NCBI GenBank assembly: GCA_973895155.1
Contig: OZ316892.1
Span: 9,156,283 to 9,220,282 of the forward strand
Source: Marsupella aquatica
Taxonomy: Eukaryota > Plantae > Marchantiophyta
Length of the DNA stretch: 64,000 bases
Direction: 5' to 3'
Shown here: piece by piece, positions 25,816 through 38,830 of the stretch
Numbering within the stretch: the first letter of the stretch is position 1
How the letters are laid out: the number at the start of each line of letters is the position of its first letter
Program-made: the position numbers and the translations under genes
The notes under the pieces: model-generated
Databases searched by the model: none
Seen by the model: only the letters and a program-made list of their open reading frames with translations
Told to the model about the DNA's origin: nothing

Positions 25816-28440
25816 TTAAGCTGCCTTGTCATATGAGGTATGGGTTCCACCTGATATATCTACTCTCTTTCTTACGGGGAAATATCTTGAAGCTCCGATA
25901 GCCCTTGGGTGTTCTTGGAGCTCTGTAATTGGTGGGTACTCTGGGAGCACAGTTCCTTGTCCAGCACTTTGCTTCCGTAGCATTTTCACAAGTTGAGCGT
26001 CTGATAACTGCACCAACTGAAGCAGATAAAGCAAAATTATCATTCTTACAATGAGTAGTACCCAAGAACCATATATCCAACAACGAAACGGGATTCCATA
26101 CAAGCCTGTCATTCGGTGATTCATGCGATTACTGGGCAGCCATATACCCTCTAGTGACTCAGATATCGATATGCATATGAATTAATATTAAAAACTCTAC
26201 TTTAAAAAACCCTCACCTGCCGCAACTCCCCTTCGTATTCTTTCAGATGAAAGTTAAGCTCTGCACCAGAAGTTCTGAAATACATTGCTGCTCTGTCATA
26301 TGCCCTGCCAAAGCAAAGCATTAGTTAGTTAGTTGTTTCGGTCTCTGTAGTGTTTCGAGCTTAATTACAAACAATCATCAAATTCTATATGACTGTCACT
26401 ACATGGAAAATAAAACAGTTGACGTATACTAGACTTTTCTGGGTTGTTAACTAATTAAATAAAAACTCGTTCTAGGTCAGAGTTACACGCTCTTCAAACG
26501 AGAAAATAAGGGGCTGTGAAAGAAGATATTCGAGCATCTTTCAGAGGTCGGCCGTGTCCCATGTAGACAATGAGTTGAGTACCGAATATTAAGTGAAAGA
26601 GACCAAGCCATATCAAATTTCCCCATGAAGCCTTGCACAACAAACACATTAAGTGATCGCACGACTTGGAAAAAATTGAGTGATCGATCGGCTTACCTTG
26701 CAGCTTTCTCTTCAGTAGAAGAAGCTCCTGCGATCGCATAGACAATGTTCTTAGACTGTCAAGATAAGTCTACTATGCAGGAAAATCGCATAGACAATGC
26801 TCTTAGTCTCTCAAGCTAGATATCTAATATGCATGGAACTGAAAATGACTGAAAAACTTGAAATGTACTTCGGGCCTTGTCTTTCAGATTGCTGTACAGA
26901 ATTAATACGCATGTGTGCAAGCGTACCTAGATAGATTTGTTTTCGTTTGTTCCTGCAAAGATTGATGATGCACAGGTCAAAGGCTGGTAGAAGATTGTAG
27001 AAGAAAAACATAGAGCGATCGTCTTTACATCCTCTCAATGAAATGTTCAACAAAATATGGGAGTACTTAATTAGCCGGTACGTAGAGAATATAGATGAGT
27101 TGGGCACAGGAGCTAGAGAATCTATCGAATCAGGGATCCTCGGAAGGCCTGTTTGGACCTAGCTCATGCAAGCCATGCAAAGATCCATTACATCCTGACG
27201 AAGATTTTCTACGGCCACACGGAGTGCAAAAGCTCAGGGGTCGACCAATGATTAAGGTAGAGAAAAACTACTTCACGAAAGAACGTCAACTTCCCAACTA
27301 GCCGGCGTACATCAAATTAAAAATTGAATTAAGAATGTGTTGCAGCAAGTGATGACCTGATGGATTTCAAAGATCCAAACTACTACGCTACCACGAGACT
27401 GGAAAGACGATCCGGCTGCAGTAGTCGAACAAGCTAGCTCGTCAAGTGATCGAAGTAAAACTTTACCTACGAAACTTATGTTGACGGTCTTAGCATCATG
27501 CAGAAACATTTTCTTACGAAAATTTGAACAACCGCATCTTACCAAATGTGTGCTTCCCATCTCCCTGTCCTCTTATAGTGCGTAACTCCCTTGAAACACG
27601 AACTGCTCTTTCGGGGCCCAGGCCGGGCTGACGGTCTGCTGTTGTGATTAAACATGAAGAAATTCAAAAGGGAAAATTTCAATTCAATTTCATAAATATG
27701 GAGTACATAGCTAGTATCAGAGCTGAATTGTTTCATTCCATTTTCAGTACTGCCTTACCTATGAAATGGATAAGCCAGCCCTACAATACAGGATCACCAT
27801 CAATACGATGAGCAAGCACACTAAGAAGTACTTGAACTGAAAGGTCTTTTCGTCATGCCGTTAAGTCTCACATCTTAGCTTTGAAATATAGAGGGAGGAT
27901 TTGTAGTTACCCCTTTCGAACTGCGCGAGCACCCAATCGTCGTTTCGTTGTGTGATCCGACCGGGGGACCCGTCCGGGACCGGTTAGAGACAACGGTGGC
28001 GCATTCATAGCCGATGCTCTGGATGACAACGCTGACGCTCTGGATGACAACTCTGATCCTTTTCGTTTTCCCACAGACGCTGATGCGTTTCTGAATGGGG
28101 TCTGCACATCAGTCTGCTCTCGCACACATTCTAGAGCCAGTAAAGATGACAATGAGGGAGTGCTCCCATCCCCCGACTCAAACTCACTTGCACCTCTGGT
28201 TGCAACCACTGCGCGTGAGTCTTGCTCGCTTATTTGCTTTGTGGCCTCTCCGGAGAAGCTTCTGACTGAGTTGTTCCTTGTCGATGGTTTGAAAGCTGGT
28301 TTCGGTGGAAACAGACTCAAGAGCTTTGCTTTTACTTTCCATTGATGTAACCCGTTGCTCCCGAAAGCAGTATACGGGATCTTTTCAAGAGTGAATGGAA
28401 TGGAGCTGCCACAAATGAAAGGTTGATGTCCGGGATCCAT
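25816..28440 (-). CDS. euAP2-type AP2-domain transcription factor with one intact AP2 domain and a degenerate second repeat; exons 28440-27911, 27638-27543, 26952-26927, 26727-26697, 26304-26217, 26016-25816 (3' end uncertain)
   Basis: Spliced translation [63 protein letters not shown]; GT-AG introns; 26/31/88-nt internal exons match my recollection of Arabidopsis AP2; linker LVKMLRKQS. Confidence 0.85.
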
Positions 28441-31412
28441 TGCGATAGTTTCTTGTCGTGCGGACTATCCTGCAAAACATCCACGACTAATGAGTTAGAA
28501 ACAGAGGTGCGCTCTTTGCAAAATTGTGAGAACCCCATATGTTTTCTCGGTGAGAGAAAACTCAATCCAAATTTTAATCCTGATCGAATGTCGGTCCTAA
28601 TATACTGTTGAATAATAAAGTAACTATGTCCTTGAGACACTCTGAATTAGAAGCGGGATTACAAGCATCGGTGCCTGGCTTAATTGTGAGGACAAGTTAT
28701 ATAATATAATTTAAAGTCCACACCATAATTCATGCATTCAACTAGCTTGCAGGTCCGACATTACTAAACTACAACAACACACCGAGATTGGCCTGGATTG
28801 TGGGAAACGAGGTTACTGTGATCGATCAGCAATGACTGATACGACTCAAGAAGAGGACAGGAAGGATAGTGTCCGGCTATCCAGCTTGAGTCATGTGCTG
28901 CGTAATACCTGCTGGGTTACAGCAGCTTGCCTCGCAAAAGACTAGCTTCGATATTCACAATTTCACGGTCTTCGACACTGAACCTTACACAGGAACAGAT
29001 CTTCAGATCTTCAATGCTGAAAAAACAGAAGCAAAATCCACATCAGTAGTGAGATGAAAATACATAACAACACAAAAGTCTTTGACGACTTCTTCAGTAC
29101 GAGCTTCAGAAGCGAATTAATTTGAAAAATAGCAGTTACATATTCCCCCGTCTTGGCAAGAACTATACTGCATCCTCGCTGTCTGGATCTTTAATGAGAG
29201 ATCGTCAAGAGGTATACTGTCATTTTGTCCCATTCAGCTCTATAGAGAGATATACATCCGCAATAAATCTCGATACCAGAAAACATTCTTTGAGGCAGAA
29301 TGGGGCAAGGGAAATTCAGGCCACCAGACTCCAGTCAAACAAACTTAAGTCAAGGGTGATACCACGTACTAAAATAGAAGAGACTGTGATACGGAAATTA
29401 GGATGGACCTCTTCTTAAATCTATCTATCTATCTATCGATACATATTATGCTAGCTACGACTGCTCACCACAATGCAACGAACCTACGGGAAACCCAGAG
29501 GCAAAGGAACGATGTTTTCCGTTGTTTCATAAAAACAATCGCCGAAGAAAGGAAAATTTCTGTACATACAGAAACCAAATTTAGGTTGTAACCAGCTAAG
29601 TCGACAAGGAAATGTAGCAAGCCGAAGAGCAGTAAGCCGCCAGACTACCGATCCAGTGTCGTTCAGTTCCTTGGCGATTCATAAATTATTCAAGCGGAAG
29701 AAACAACTGGAACCCCTCACAGAAGAAGACGATCCCGATTATCGGCTCAACATCTTAATGCCTTTTAAAGAGCTGGGTAGGGCGTTCGCATTTGGAAATC
29801 GGAGCGCAGGCTACTCTAATGCTAGACTATCTACGTGACAAATGCTTGCAAACGCGAATTCTACGGAAATTGTAGCAAAATTTACATTTGGTCCAAAATG
29901 TAAACATTCTTTACCATGCAGATTTATGACGTACACTAGAATGTACGTTGAGATGAATTAATTTATAATTTCGATGAGACCGGATCGGAAACAGCTAGTA
30001 TTAAGCTCAGCCTGAGCTTGCCTCACAAACGTGGTGCTAAACTAGTTCGATCGGCACATCCAATTTTCTCCCAGATTTCAATATGGTAAACAATGTCCCC
30101 CTAATAGCTCGACGCATCCCTCTCACCGAAACATTGTGCGCTACCTTTGTAACTAACAATGTTCATGGTTATCAATACCTTACCTGGTCCCTTCAGAATA
30201 ACCTTAGGACGAGAGAAAATCCAGATCAAGTTGCCTTCCTGGGTACGTACAAAGTACGTTTGGAAGCATTAGTCACGAGCTTTTCCACTTGCCACATGTT
30301 TTAGTCGGAAGGGTTGGTCTAGGAAGTTTTCTGAAGCCTCCTGGCTGCCTCTCACTATAGTTCTTTGGCCGTGATACTTGGCCACACTCAAAAAAGAAAG
30401 CAAAACTTACTGAACAAATAAAAAGCACAACGTAGGAAAGCCAACTTTAGTGAAAACTCATAAAATTAATAAGGGCCACGAATGAGACTGCAACCTAGGG
30501 GAGGTTAGAAGGAGAAAACACACATGCCTGGATATCAAAACGCCAAATACACAACAACTCGAACGAAAATAGATTAGTGATCGAAAATTGTCTTCCTTCC
30601 CCCAAAAGATTAGTTTTGTTGAATTGATACTGAGGAGATTTCTTTACCATAACTTTGGGCAGGCTGAACTCAATCTAAAATTTAATTCTGCTGTGCCAGT
30701 AAACGTGGTATGTACTATCAGTTTTAATGTCAATCATCACGTATCCCTTAGACCATGCATCTTTCTCTGACTAAAAATGGCTCGTAAAATTAAGTCATGA
30801 AGATCGAATTGAAGGCACTATTGCATACTCTCAACAGGGGTTCTTGCAGATGCTCCTTTACGTACACCTGGGAGAGTTTTCCAGTATCTGGCTCGAATCC
30901 TGGGCGATCATGATAATTATCATTGCAAGAGGTATCAAGTTTTGTTGGTTGACAGATTGGTCCTCAGGTTACATTTTGTAAACATACTTTTATTACTACC
31001 TTCATTACTCTTCCTCTGTCATTGAAGTAGGACCTTTCTTCTAGGTACTTTTCGTTGTTTTTAATAAGACCGCAATCTGGAAGCCCCGCCTTCCACTCTT
31101 TTCTCTCCCACTTTGCATTGTACCTGATTTTCTTTCTTCTTTCCTCTACAGCTAGTAATTTCAGCTCATGCGTCTTCAATTCTCATCCTGCTACATGCAA
31201 TACCCCTTTCTTGTGCGCCGCCTCCCAAGCTAACCCTCTCCAACTCTTCTTGCTCTCTCCAATCCTCTCTTCTTAGCTGATCGGGCTTAGCCTCCGTAAA
31301 TTCCTTCCAGTGTACCCATCTCTGCCTCCTCAACCTACACCTCACTTTTACCTCAGGGTCCTCCGTTAAATCTATCGTCCCGGCCCTTCAAGGTATCAAG
31401 GAAACAAGTAGT

Positions 31413-33457
31413 CCTTATTTACCACTTAGAAGTGTCCTGATTACCATGGCTACACATAAAGGAGTACGACAAACCAAGAATGAATAGATGAGGTACTCGC
31501 TTGTCTTCTCTTGCCACAGTACTCACGCTTAAGACTAACGCAATGTCGTAACCGTAGTAGTAGTTAGCTGTCTCTTTAGCAATACTGACTTTGGTAGGAA
31601 GGGGCTAAGGCAAGTAGAGAGCTAGCCTATTATCGCAGAATTTCCTACTCATCTCAGGACATTAATTGCTACATGAGCCCTCGAATCAGGCCCTAGGAAA
31701 ACAGACCAAATCAATCAAAGGAATGCAGTGCAGAAACCTCTGGCATTCGGTCAAGTAATCAAACAAAAGGCTTGCTGGTCAAAGCCGAGGTGACGGCCTA
31801 CCTTAGCCATGATGAAACGAGGCTGCCCGTAGCCCACGTACTGACAATAGATCTTGTAAGTACGTACTCCACTCAGCCGTGGTTGCCTTAGTTACCAGTA
31901 CGTACTCCACTCAGACATGGTTGCCCCTAGTTACCCACCGGGCCATGACAGACCCAGCTTCCACCATCAACATTGCTTTGCTTTCACACAACTATATCTA
32001 GAGTATATAATATGCGGGGTAGCATGTACCTAAACATGTTATGTGGGTGCAAGTTTGTAGCTATGTCAACTGAAATGATATCTCTCCCTCAAGATTAATG
32101 AATCAATGAGAGAAAAAACCAACGGGTGAGAATCAGATGCACTTCACATCATTCTCCTGAAGAAATCGCCCCACCATGCACCTTAGCTTCACCTGCAAAG
32201 TCCAGAGGGTGATGTCAATTACAAGTGATATATATCTCTCACTCAGGATAAATGACTAAGTGAGAAAAAACGAACGACGGGCGAGAAAATAGACTAGTTT
32301 CAGATCATTATCCTAAAAGAAATCGCCGTAGCCTCCCTACCTCGCCTCACCTGTAAGGTTCAGGCGCAGAGAATTAGGGTCAATTATAATATGGTCAGTG
32401 GCACTCATAGGCAAGGTACAGGTCTTCTTCTTGAAACACCGTTGTGGTGTGACGTATCCGTTAAAGTCGGTCAGATTATACAACCATGCCGCTGAATCGT
32501 CCGCTAATTCCGCAAATTGTTCCCTTGAGTGAGAGAGTTTGATGTGACTGGCCTCTACCTGCGATGAAGCCAGTTCAAAAACGTTTGATCGGACGCTCTC
32601 TTGCCAAAATAATACCGCACAGCTGACGCATGGCTCGTACCTGTAGGCCTCACCGCTCTACGATCAGAGGACGGCTCCCCTGTCCAGTCTCTTTCATCAC
32701 GTGGTCTGGAAATGCGCTACTTTAATATACACAATGAGATTTCGAGACGAGTAGCAATGCGGGACCCACGGAGTCAACGCCAATCACGACTTTTCAATGG
32801 AAGCTGAATTATATGAGCCAGCTTAGCATCCAACCATAGACAGGGGCCACAATTTTTAGCTCACACTCAAATTATTCCCTCGTTACTAGAATGAAGGTTT
32901 TTGGATGTATAGGTATTTCTAAAAACTTTCACAGGCTGGCGTCTTTATATCATCCAGAGTTAAAGATCGTGCTCTTATAGACGAATTTTCTGCTGCTTTA
33001 ATACTCCGTGAGCTTACCGGCTTGATTTTCTAACAAGGTAGGAGGAATAAAAGTTCATCCGTTTAGAAATCTAATTGTGTGTTTCAAACTCTTAGCTCGA
33101 ACATGACTGTATTGCACGTTTTACGGTGACTCTCAAAACCAGTCACCTCCATAGTTGAGGAAGGCAGTAACTTAAACGATCTGAGCTCAGGGGCCTGGCA
33201 ACCTGGACAGTGTCGTCCGTAGTTGGCCCCAGCCTGAAGCAACAGGCTGGCTTGCAACAGTAGCCTGGTGAGCTAGCGGTGGAATGGGAAAGAGTGACGA
33301 CAAAGGAAATAAAGTCAAGAGCATGATGCAAACTAAGGCCGTGACTCATTGAACAGTAGTGAGTAGTGACTGATGGGACTGAGGTCGGTCAGCACAGCTT
33401 CACTCAGTCCGAACAGGTTAAGTCCGTGGGTGAGCGAGGAAATCGTCAAGAGTAAGG
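31413..33457 (-). repeat. Repeat block D, right (inverted) copy
   Basis: Reverse complement of 21487-23428; moderately diverged with indels. Confidence 0.9.
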
Positions 33458-34037
33458 ACCTCTATTCGAAAGGCCAAGTATGTCATAATTTCAGTACTTG
33501 CATGGGTCCTAAAGAGTACATGCACTAGGCAATTGACCGAGCCTTGACGGGAGGTATTCTATGTCGGGAGCAAACAGGAGATTGATAGATTGATAGCCAG
33601 ACAAAAATGGTTCCAAATTTGCTTTTTGGTGTATTTTACATTTTTTTGTGTTTTTTTAAAGAGTCCAAATGGCGAGCTAGCTCAGTAGCAAAAAGGGAGT
33701 CCCCAAAAGGGATGTTACCAACCATGTAGTTCATAGCTACGCAGTTGCATGTAGAAAAATAGGAGTCATGCAGGAATGTTTTTGCTCATGCGAGGAAAAA
33801 TTTTACTGTTTGCTCGCACGTTACAATTATCCCCTTAACCCCCTTGACAGCTAACAAATATATCTATCTCTGTTCCATCTAACCTTCATTTTGGGTATTT
33901 AAGGTCCGTGAATTTTTTTCACACTACTACAAAATCCAGGGATGGGTACCCACTTGCAGCCTAGGGCTAGATCCTCAACAACATCTGACTAACTACTTAG
34001 TAGATGGAGCACAGGCTACAAGTACACTACCGGAGCT

Positions 34038-34334
34038 CTCGGGGGTTTCACTTCCACAAAAATGGCATATCACATGCGATGAAGGATAAGGTCATTTTAT
34101 TGGTTGTAAGGAAAGACTTAAGAATTTTTGTAGAAGAACAATAGGGTCTTTTAAATTCAATTTTGAGACTTATAAGAACATTAGGGCCTTTTTAATCCAA
34201 TTTTTGAAATATTCCAAGAATATTCCAACTTTATAGGGGTTAAAAAATAATGTTTTGTTCTTACATTTTAGGGGGTCCAAGGCCTAAAAACGTCGCAGGT
34301 GATGGGGAGTTCCCCATGTAGTGAGACCCCCGAG
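34038..34334. mobile_element. MITE (CTCGGGGGT.TCAC TIR) with 8-bp TSD
   Basis: TSD CCGGAGCT at 34030-34037 and 34335-34342; TIR CTCGGGGGTTTCAC / GTGAGACCCCCGAG. Confidence 0.93.
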
Positions 34335-34884
34335 CCGGAGCTAAATAATTATGTACGAGATTATGTAACTTTTGATTACTCCATGCTTGGCAGAAAGACA
34401 CCTTCAAAAAACATTTACAAACAATTGTAATAAATTGATGCAAAAAATTTGTTTATACCTTTTTCTTATCTTACATATAAAGCGCGTCAACTACAAGCTA
34501 GAGTTGGGGCCTAGTTTCTAGAGTGAAGCCTCTAGATGGTAACTCCATGGCTCATCATGTGGATGGGAAAACTCATGACTATGATGTATGACAAATGATA
34601 ATCATACATGCTTTTTATCATGATTTCTATTCATATCAAAAAATGAGTTCCATAGCCCACAATAACATATGTGCATAGAAAAGAATATGGTAATATGTTA
34701 TGTATGATTATTAAAATGATGACATGCATGATAGCTTTTTTATCATTTTGACATTAACCTTCAAAAATTTGAATAAGAAATATATCTGACTGGTGATAAT
34801 CTTAATATTGTCCTCCCCGCTATTCATGCATATGCTCAAAGAACGGGTAGTCAAGGCTAGTAATTAAAAATGTTGAGCTTGCAG

Positions 34885-35471
34885 CAATCCCATGAACCTA
34901 TATGACTTACCTATAGACGCTTTCCCATGGCCGTCCATTTATCTTGGAGTTTTTCTTGAATGTGCATGACTCTGAAATCACAAGGGTGTGTGGAGCTGGG
35001 ACCAAGTCATGCAGGGTGGCAGTGCGCAGCCACAGCCAAAATTGAGTTGCAGGCCAGGTAGCCAGGTAGCCAGGGGAGGAAATCTTCCACTGAGAAATGG
35101 GGAGCATGCAATTAACATGGTCACAAATGAGATCATGGGAGGCACACCTGGGGCTTACGAGGAATTCATGGGATTCATTGTTACACACTTGTCTAGGGGA
35201 GAGGCCAGGGGAGGGGAGGATGTAGAGGGGATGGAGGGAAAAGCTAAGACTCATTATTTTACAAAAAAACAAACTAACCCCAAAAAACCATTTCCCACCT
35301 TGCCCCCTCAAAGCATAATTTTTTTCTCGTGCCCCAGGCTTCAAAAAGTTTCAATAAACTGTCCTCGGTCCCCTGAAAACTCTTGATTCCTGCGGTTGCC
35401 AAGTAACCATGAAACCCCCCGTAAACCTTACTCTAGACTGGACTCTCCTCTTCCTCCATGTAATTGATGCC
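34885..35471 (-). repeat. Repeat block A, inverted copy
   Basis: Reverse complement of 20313-20935. Confidence 0.75.
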
Positions 35472-35614
35472 ATGTCTAGATCAGGGTCTAGGTTAGTTAA
35501 TAAGATTCTTAGTTTGCACGGTCCTCTCTTCCATCTTGAGAGTCATCTTATAATAAACTAGCCCTATGCGGGGCCCTATGCCTTGCTTTGTACCCCGCTT
35601 TGCACAAAATATAT

Positions 35615-36015
35615 TGCATGAGGTGAGAAAAAATGTTGATGTCAAAAAATATGTCAATGACAAAAGAAAATGTCGAGGTTCAGAGAAAAAACGTTGAGGT
35701 GAGAAAAAGATGTCGACGAGAGAAAAAGACTGTGAGGGATATAAAAATGTCAAGTTGAGAAAAAGGTCAGATGTCGAGGTGAAAAAGACGTCAATGAGAA
35801 AAAGAGATGTCAAGGTGAGGAAGGGAAGTTGAGGTGAGAAAAGGATGTCGAGGACAGAAAAGATGGCAAGGTGAGAAAAAGGTGTAAAGATGAGGAATTA
35901 TATATACAGTCGCGGGTGAGAGAAAGATGTTGTGGTGAGACAAGGATGTCAATGTGAGGAACTCAACATGAGGAAAAGGTAACTAAGATGTTGAGGTGAA
36001 AAAAGATGTCACCGT
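35615..36015 (+). repeat. Degenerate ~20-bp tandem array (GAGGTGAGAAAAAGATGTC)
   Basis: About 20 recognisable units. Confidence 0.8.
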
Positions 36016-37796
36016 GAAGGGGTATTCCAAGGATATTTTGGGGATGTGGTCCAATTGGAGGCATACAAGTGTCTGCGGTTGCATCCGTACGTGGATTTAA
36101 TTATCTTGATGATCATGAGCATCACAACCATCCACTTTCCCTACGTGAGGATATTCTATATCCCACTTGTGTGGGGCTATCAAGTGATGTGGTATTTTGA
36201 GGGTATTTTCGGGATGTAATCCATTTGGAGGCATCTAGGTTCGATGGTGACATTGGTGGATCTAAATTCCTATTTTGTTGGTGTGCATCCCTGGGCCACA
36301 CAACTAGAAGCCGTGAATAGAGATCGAGTCAATTTCTAACAAATAAAGTTATGGTGTGAGGGGGAGACCAATGATTGTTTCTAGCTTTGACATAGAGGCT
36401 GCATTTGGCATCAACTTGTGTTCAAAGTGAGCTTCAGTTCAAGACTGGAAGGATGCAAACAATTCAAGTTGGGAAGCAAGTGTTGCGGACAAGCAATGGC
36501 AACTGTTGGATACCAAATTTAGTAGTAGGCGGGTAACTAGGGTTAAAACCAATATAACTGTAGTTAGAAGTAACCACAGTTAGTAATAGAGTAGGGTTAG
36601 AAGGAAAAAATGATGCATAGTAGGCACTAGGAGGACGAGAAAACTAGGTAGTGAGTTTGGGATAGGTTAGGTAGTAGTAAGCTAGAAAACAAATTCATTA
36701 GGTGGCTTAAATACCTAGAGGGCAAATTAAGGAATAGCCAGCTCAGCATAATTTTAGAAAAATCTCCGGATAGATTTAGACTCAGAAACTTGAGAATTAG
36801 GTAGACTTGGGTATAATGAACTCACCTGCAAAATTGTAGCTTAGCCAGAAGTCGGAGCACGGAGTGAGGAATTCATGAAGTAGGGAATTTGTTATTAAAA
36901 TAGAATATCGTAGATTGAAGTGATTTGCAGGTTTTGAATACAAGAAAAATGTGCTATAGGAGTAAGAAGAGAAGACCAGGTGTCATCATGTGTGCCCTTC
37001 TCATAAGGACACAAAATACAAGGAGTATTGACGAGACCTACGAAGCCAGACAACAATTTCAGCCTCAATTCAGGGATATCAACCGGTGGCATTAAATGGG
37101 AAGAAAAATTTTCCATAAGGACAAGCATGGTTGACTCATGGAAACCGGAGAGACCACAGGAATTGAAGGATTGAAGGCAGGATTCGTGGAAACCAGGGCT
37201 CAGAGCACAAAAATTGGAGAGATTGAAGGCAGGAGACGATTAGGAAATTTGGAATGGGTGATGCTGTTGGCACTACTACTCTTATTCAAGCCCTGTTGTT
37301 CAATCAATCAATGCTGCTGCCTCAATTCAGTTCTCGATGCCGATGTTGTTGGGAGACTTTGGTGAGGGTGCTGTTGTATTGAAGGCTGGCGCTCCTGAAT
37401 GGAGAATTGTCAAACTAGAAGGAGTTGCTAAGCCTTGCAGCTGCCTAGACTTGCTGCTTGCCTGAAGCTGATCGATGTTGCATTCCTACTGAAATCCAGT
37501 CGATGCTGCTAAGTGGAAGGGTGCTACTTCATTCTTGCTGCGCTACTAGAGATAAGAACAAGGCCAGTAGCTTAAACGCTGCTGAGGCAAAACATTATAC
37601 TGATGCTTGCTACTGAATGAAGGAGCTGCTGCGCTACTACTTCTGATAGCTTCAAATGCAATTTTGTTTCATGAAATGCTACGCTGCAATTGGGAAAGAG
37701 CTATGGTGATTGAGCTGGTGCTGCCGCTGATGCCATGGAAGCGGGCATGGAAGGATGGTGCGTTGCTATTATGGAGGAGCGTTGTGGAGCTTTGCA

Positions 37797-38830
37797 CCCT
37801 GGGCCCCCAGCCTTTGTATAGTTAAAGGGTATACGTGCGTACAACCCCTTAACACATACCCCTTGTTATTTTTGGACACCAATAAAAATATCTCTTGTTA
37901 TTCTTAAAAATTTAAGTTTAGAGAATTTATTTGCCCCTTGCAGAAATTATAAATTGACAATTAGTCACATTTATAAAGGTCTTGAAATTTTATAATCTTT
38001 TGAGTAAATACAAAAGTGATTAAAGGTATAGCATAAAATAATAGGTTTCTATATATAGATAGAGAGTGTTTGAATGGAGAAACATACTTAAACTTACTAG
38101 AAGACTCACTATGGTTTAATTAGCACATGTATCAGTGCTTGCAGACCTACCTATTGTCTCAACTATAAGGGCATATCTGTAAAAATATTTGCACGACTAT
38201 TTCCTAATATTCTTAGAAAAACACATACCTGTCTCTAGAAAACATTTTGTTGCATGTACACATGTAAGTTCAGTGCTTAAAAAACTTTTATCTCAACTAA
38301 GAGAACCTTCTTACAAAATCCCCAACTTATGTGCCCTCGTGTTGTCTTTCATCTTCAAGGGATCCTAAGTGAACACAATCAAAAAATTCACATTAGCAAC
38401 AGTCCAAATTGAACTACTATTTGGAGTATCTTTCAAATGGTTTTCCCCCCAGGTTCCCCAATACAAATCTAAAACCCTCCCAAAACCCTTGTACCCTAAA
38501 CCCTTCAACACCTTGGATTTTAGGGCCCCCCAAAATGGTACACTATGCCCCTAATGTCTCTAAGCTCAGCCTAAACATGTGTTCCAATAATATGAAGCCA
38601 CGTGGACCAATGATATCGTGACGCATGGCACAATGTAATATGGCCCCCTTGAAGCAAATTATTGTGTGCTGCATTTATTTTGACCTTTCATAGTTATAAA
38701 GGGGTAGCTGTATAAAAATGTCTCTTGCTTTTTATAACCCTATTATAAAAATTATTCTGGAAATGAATTTATCACACCCTTCCACTGTTCGCACGTCTGG
38801 CCCATTATTAATAACGCTGGGGGCCCAGGG
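37797..38830. mobile_element. 1-kb non-autonomous TIR element with CCCTGGGCCCCCAGC TIRs and 8-bp TSD
   Basis: TSD GCTTTGCA at 37789-37796 and 38831-38838; perfect 15-bp TIRs. Confidence 0.93.

Noticed and set aside
25400-25900. miR172 target site expected in seed-plant euAP2 genes
   Set aside because: No match to CTGCAGCATCATCAGGATTC seen on the minus strand
30964-31390. Lys/Arg-rich minus-strand ORF, possibly a LINE fragment
   Set aside because: Short, low-complexity, with no RT or endonuclease motif
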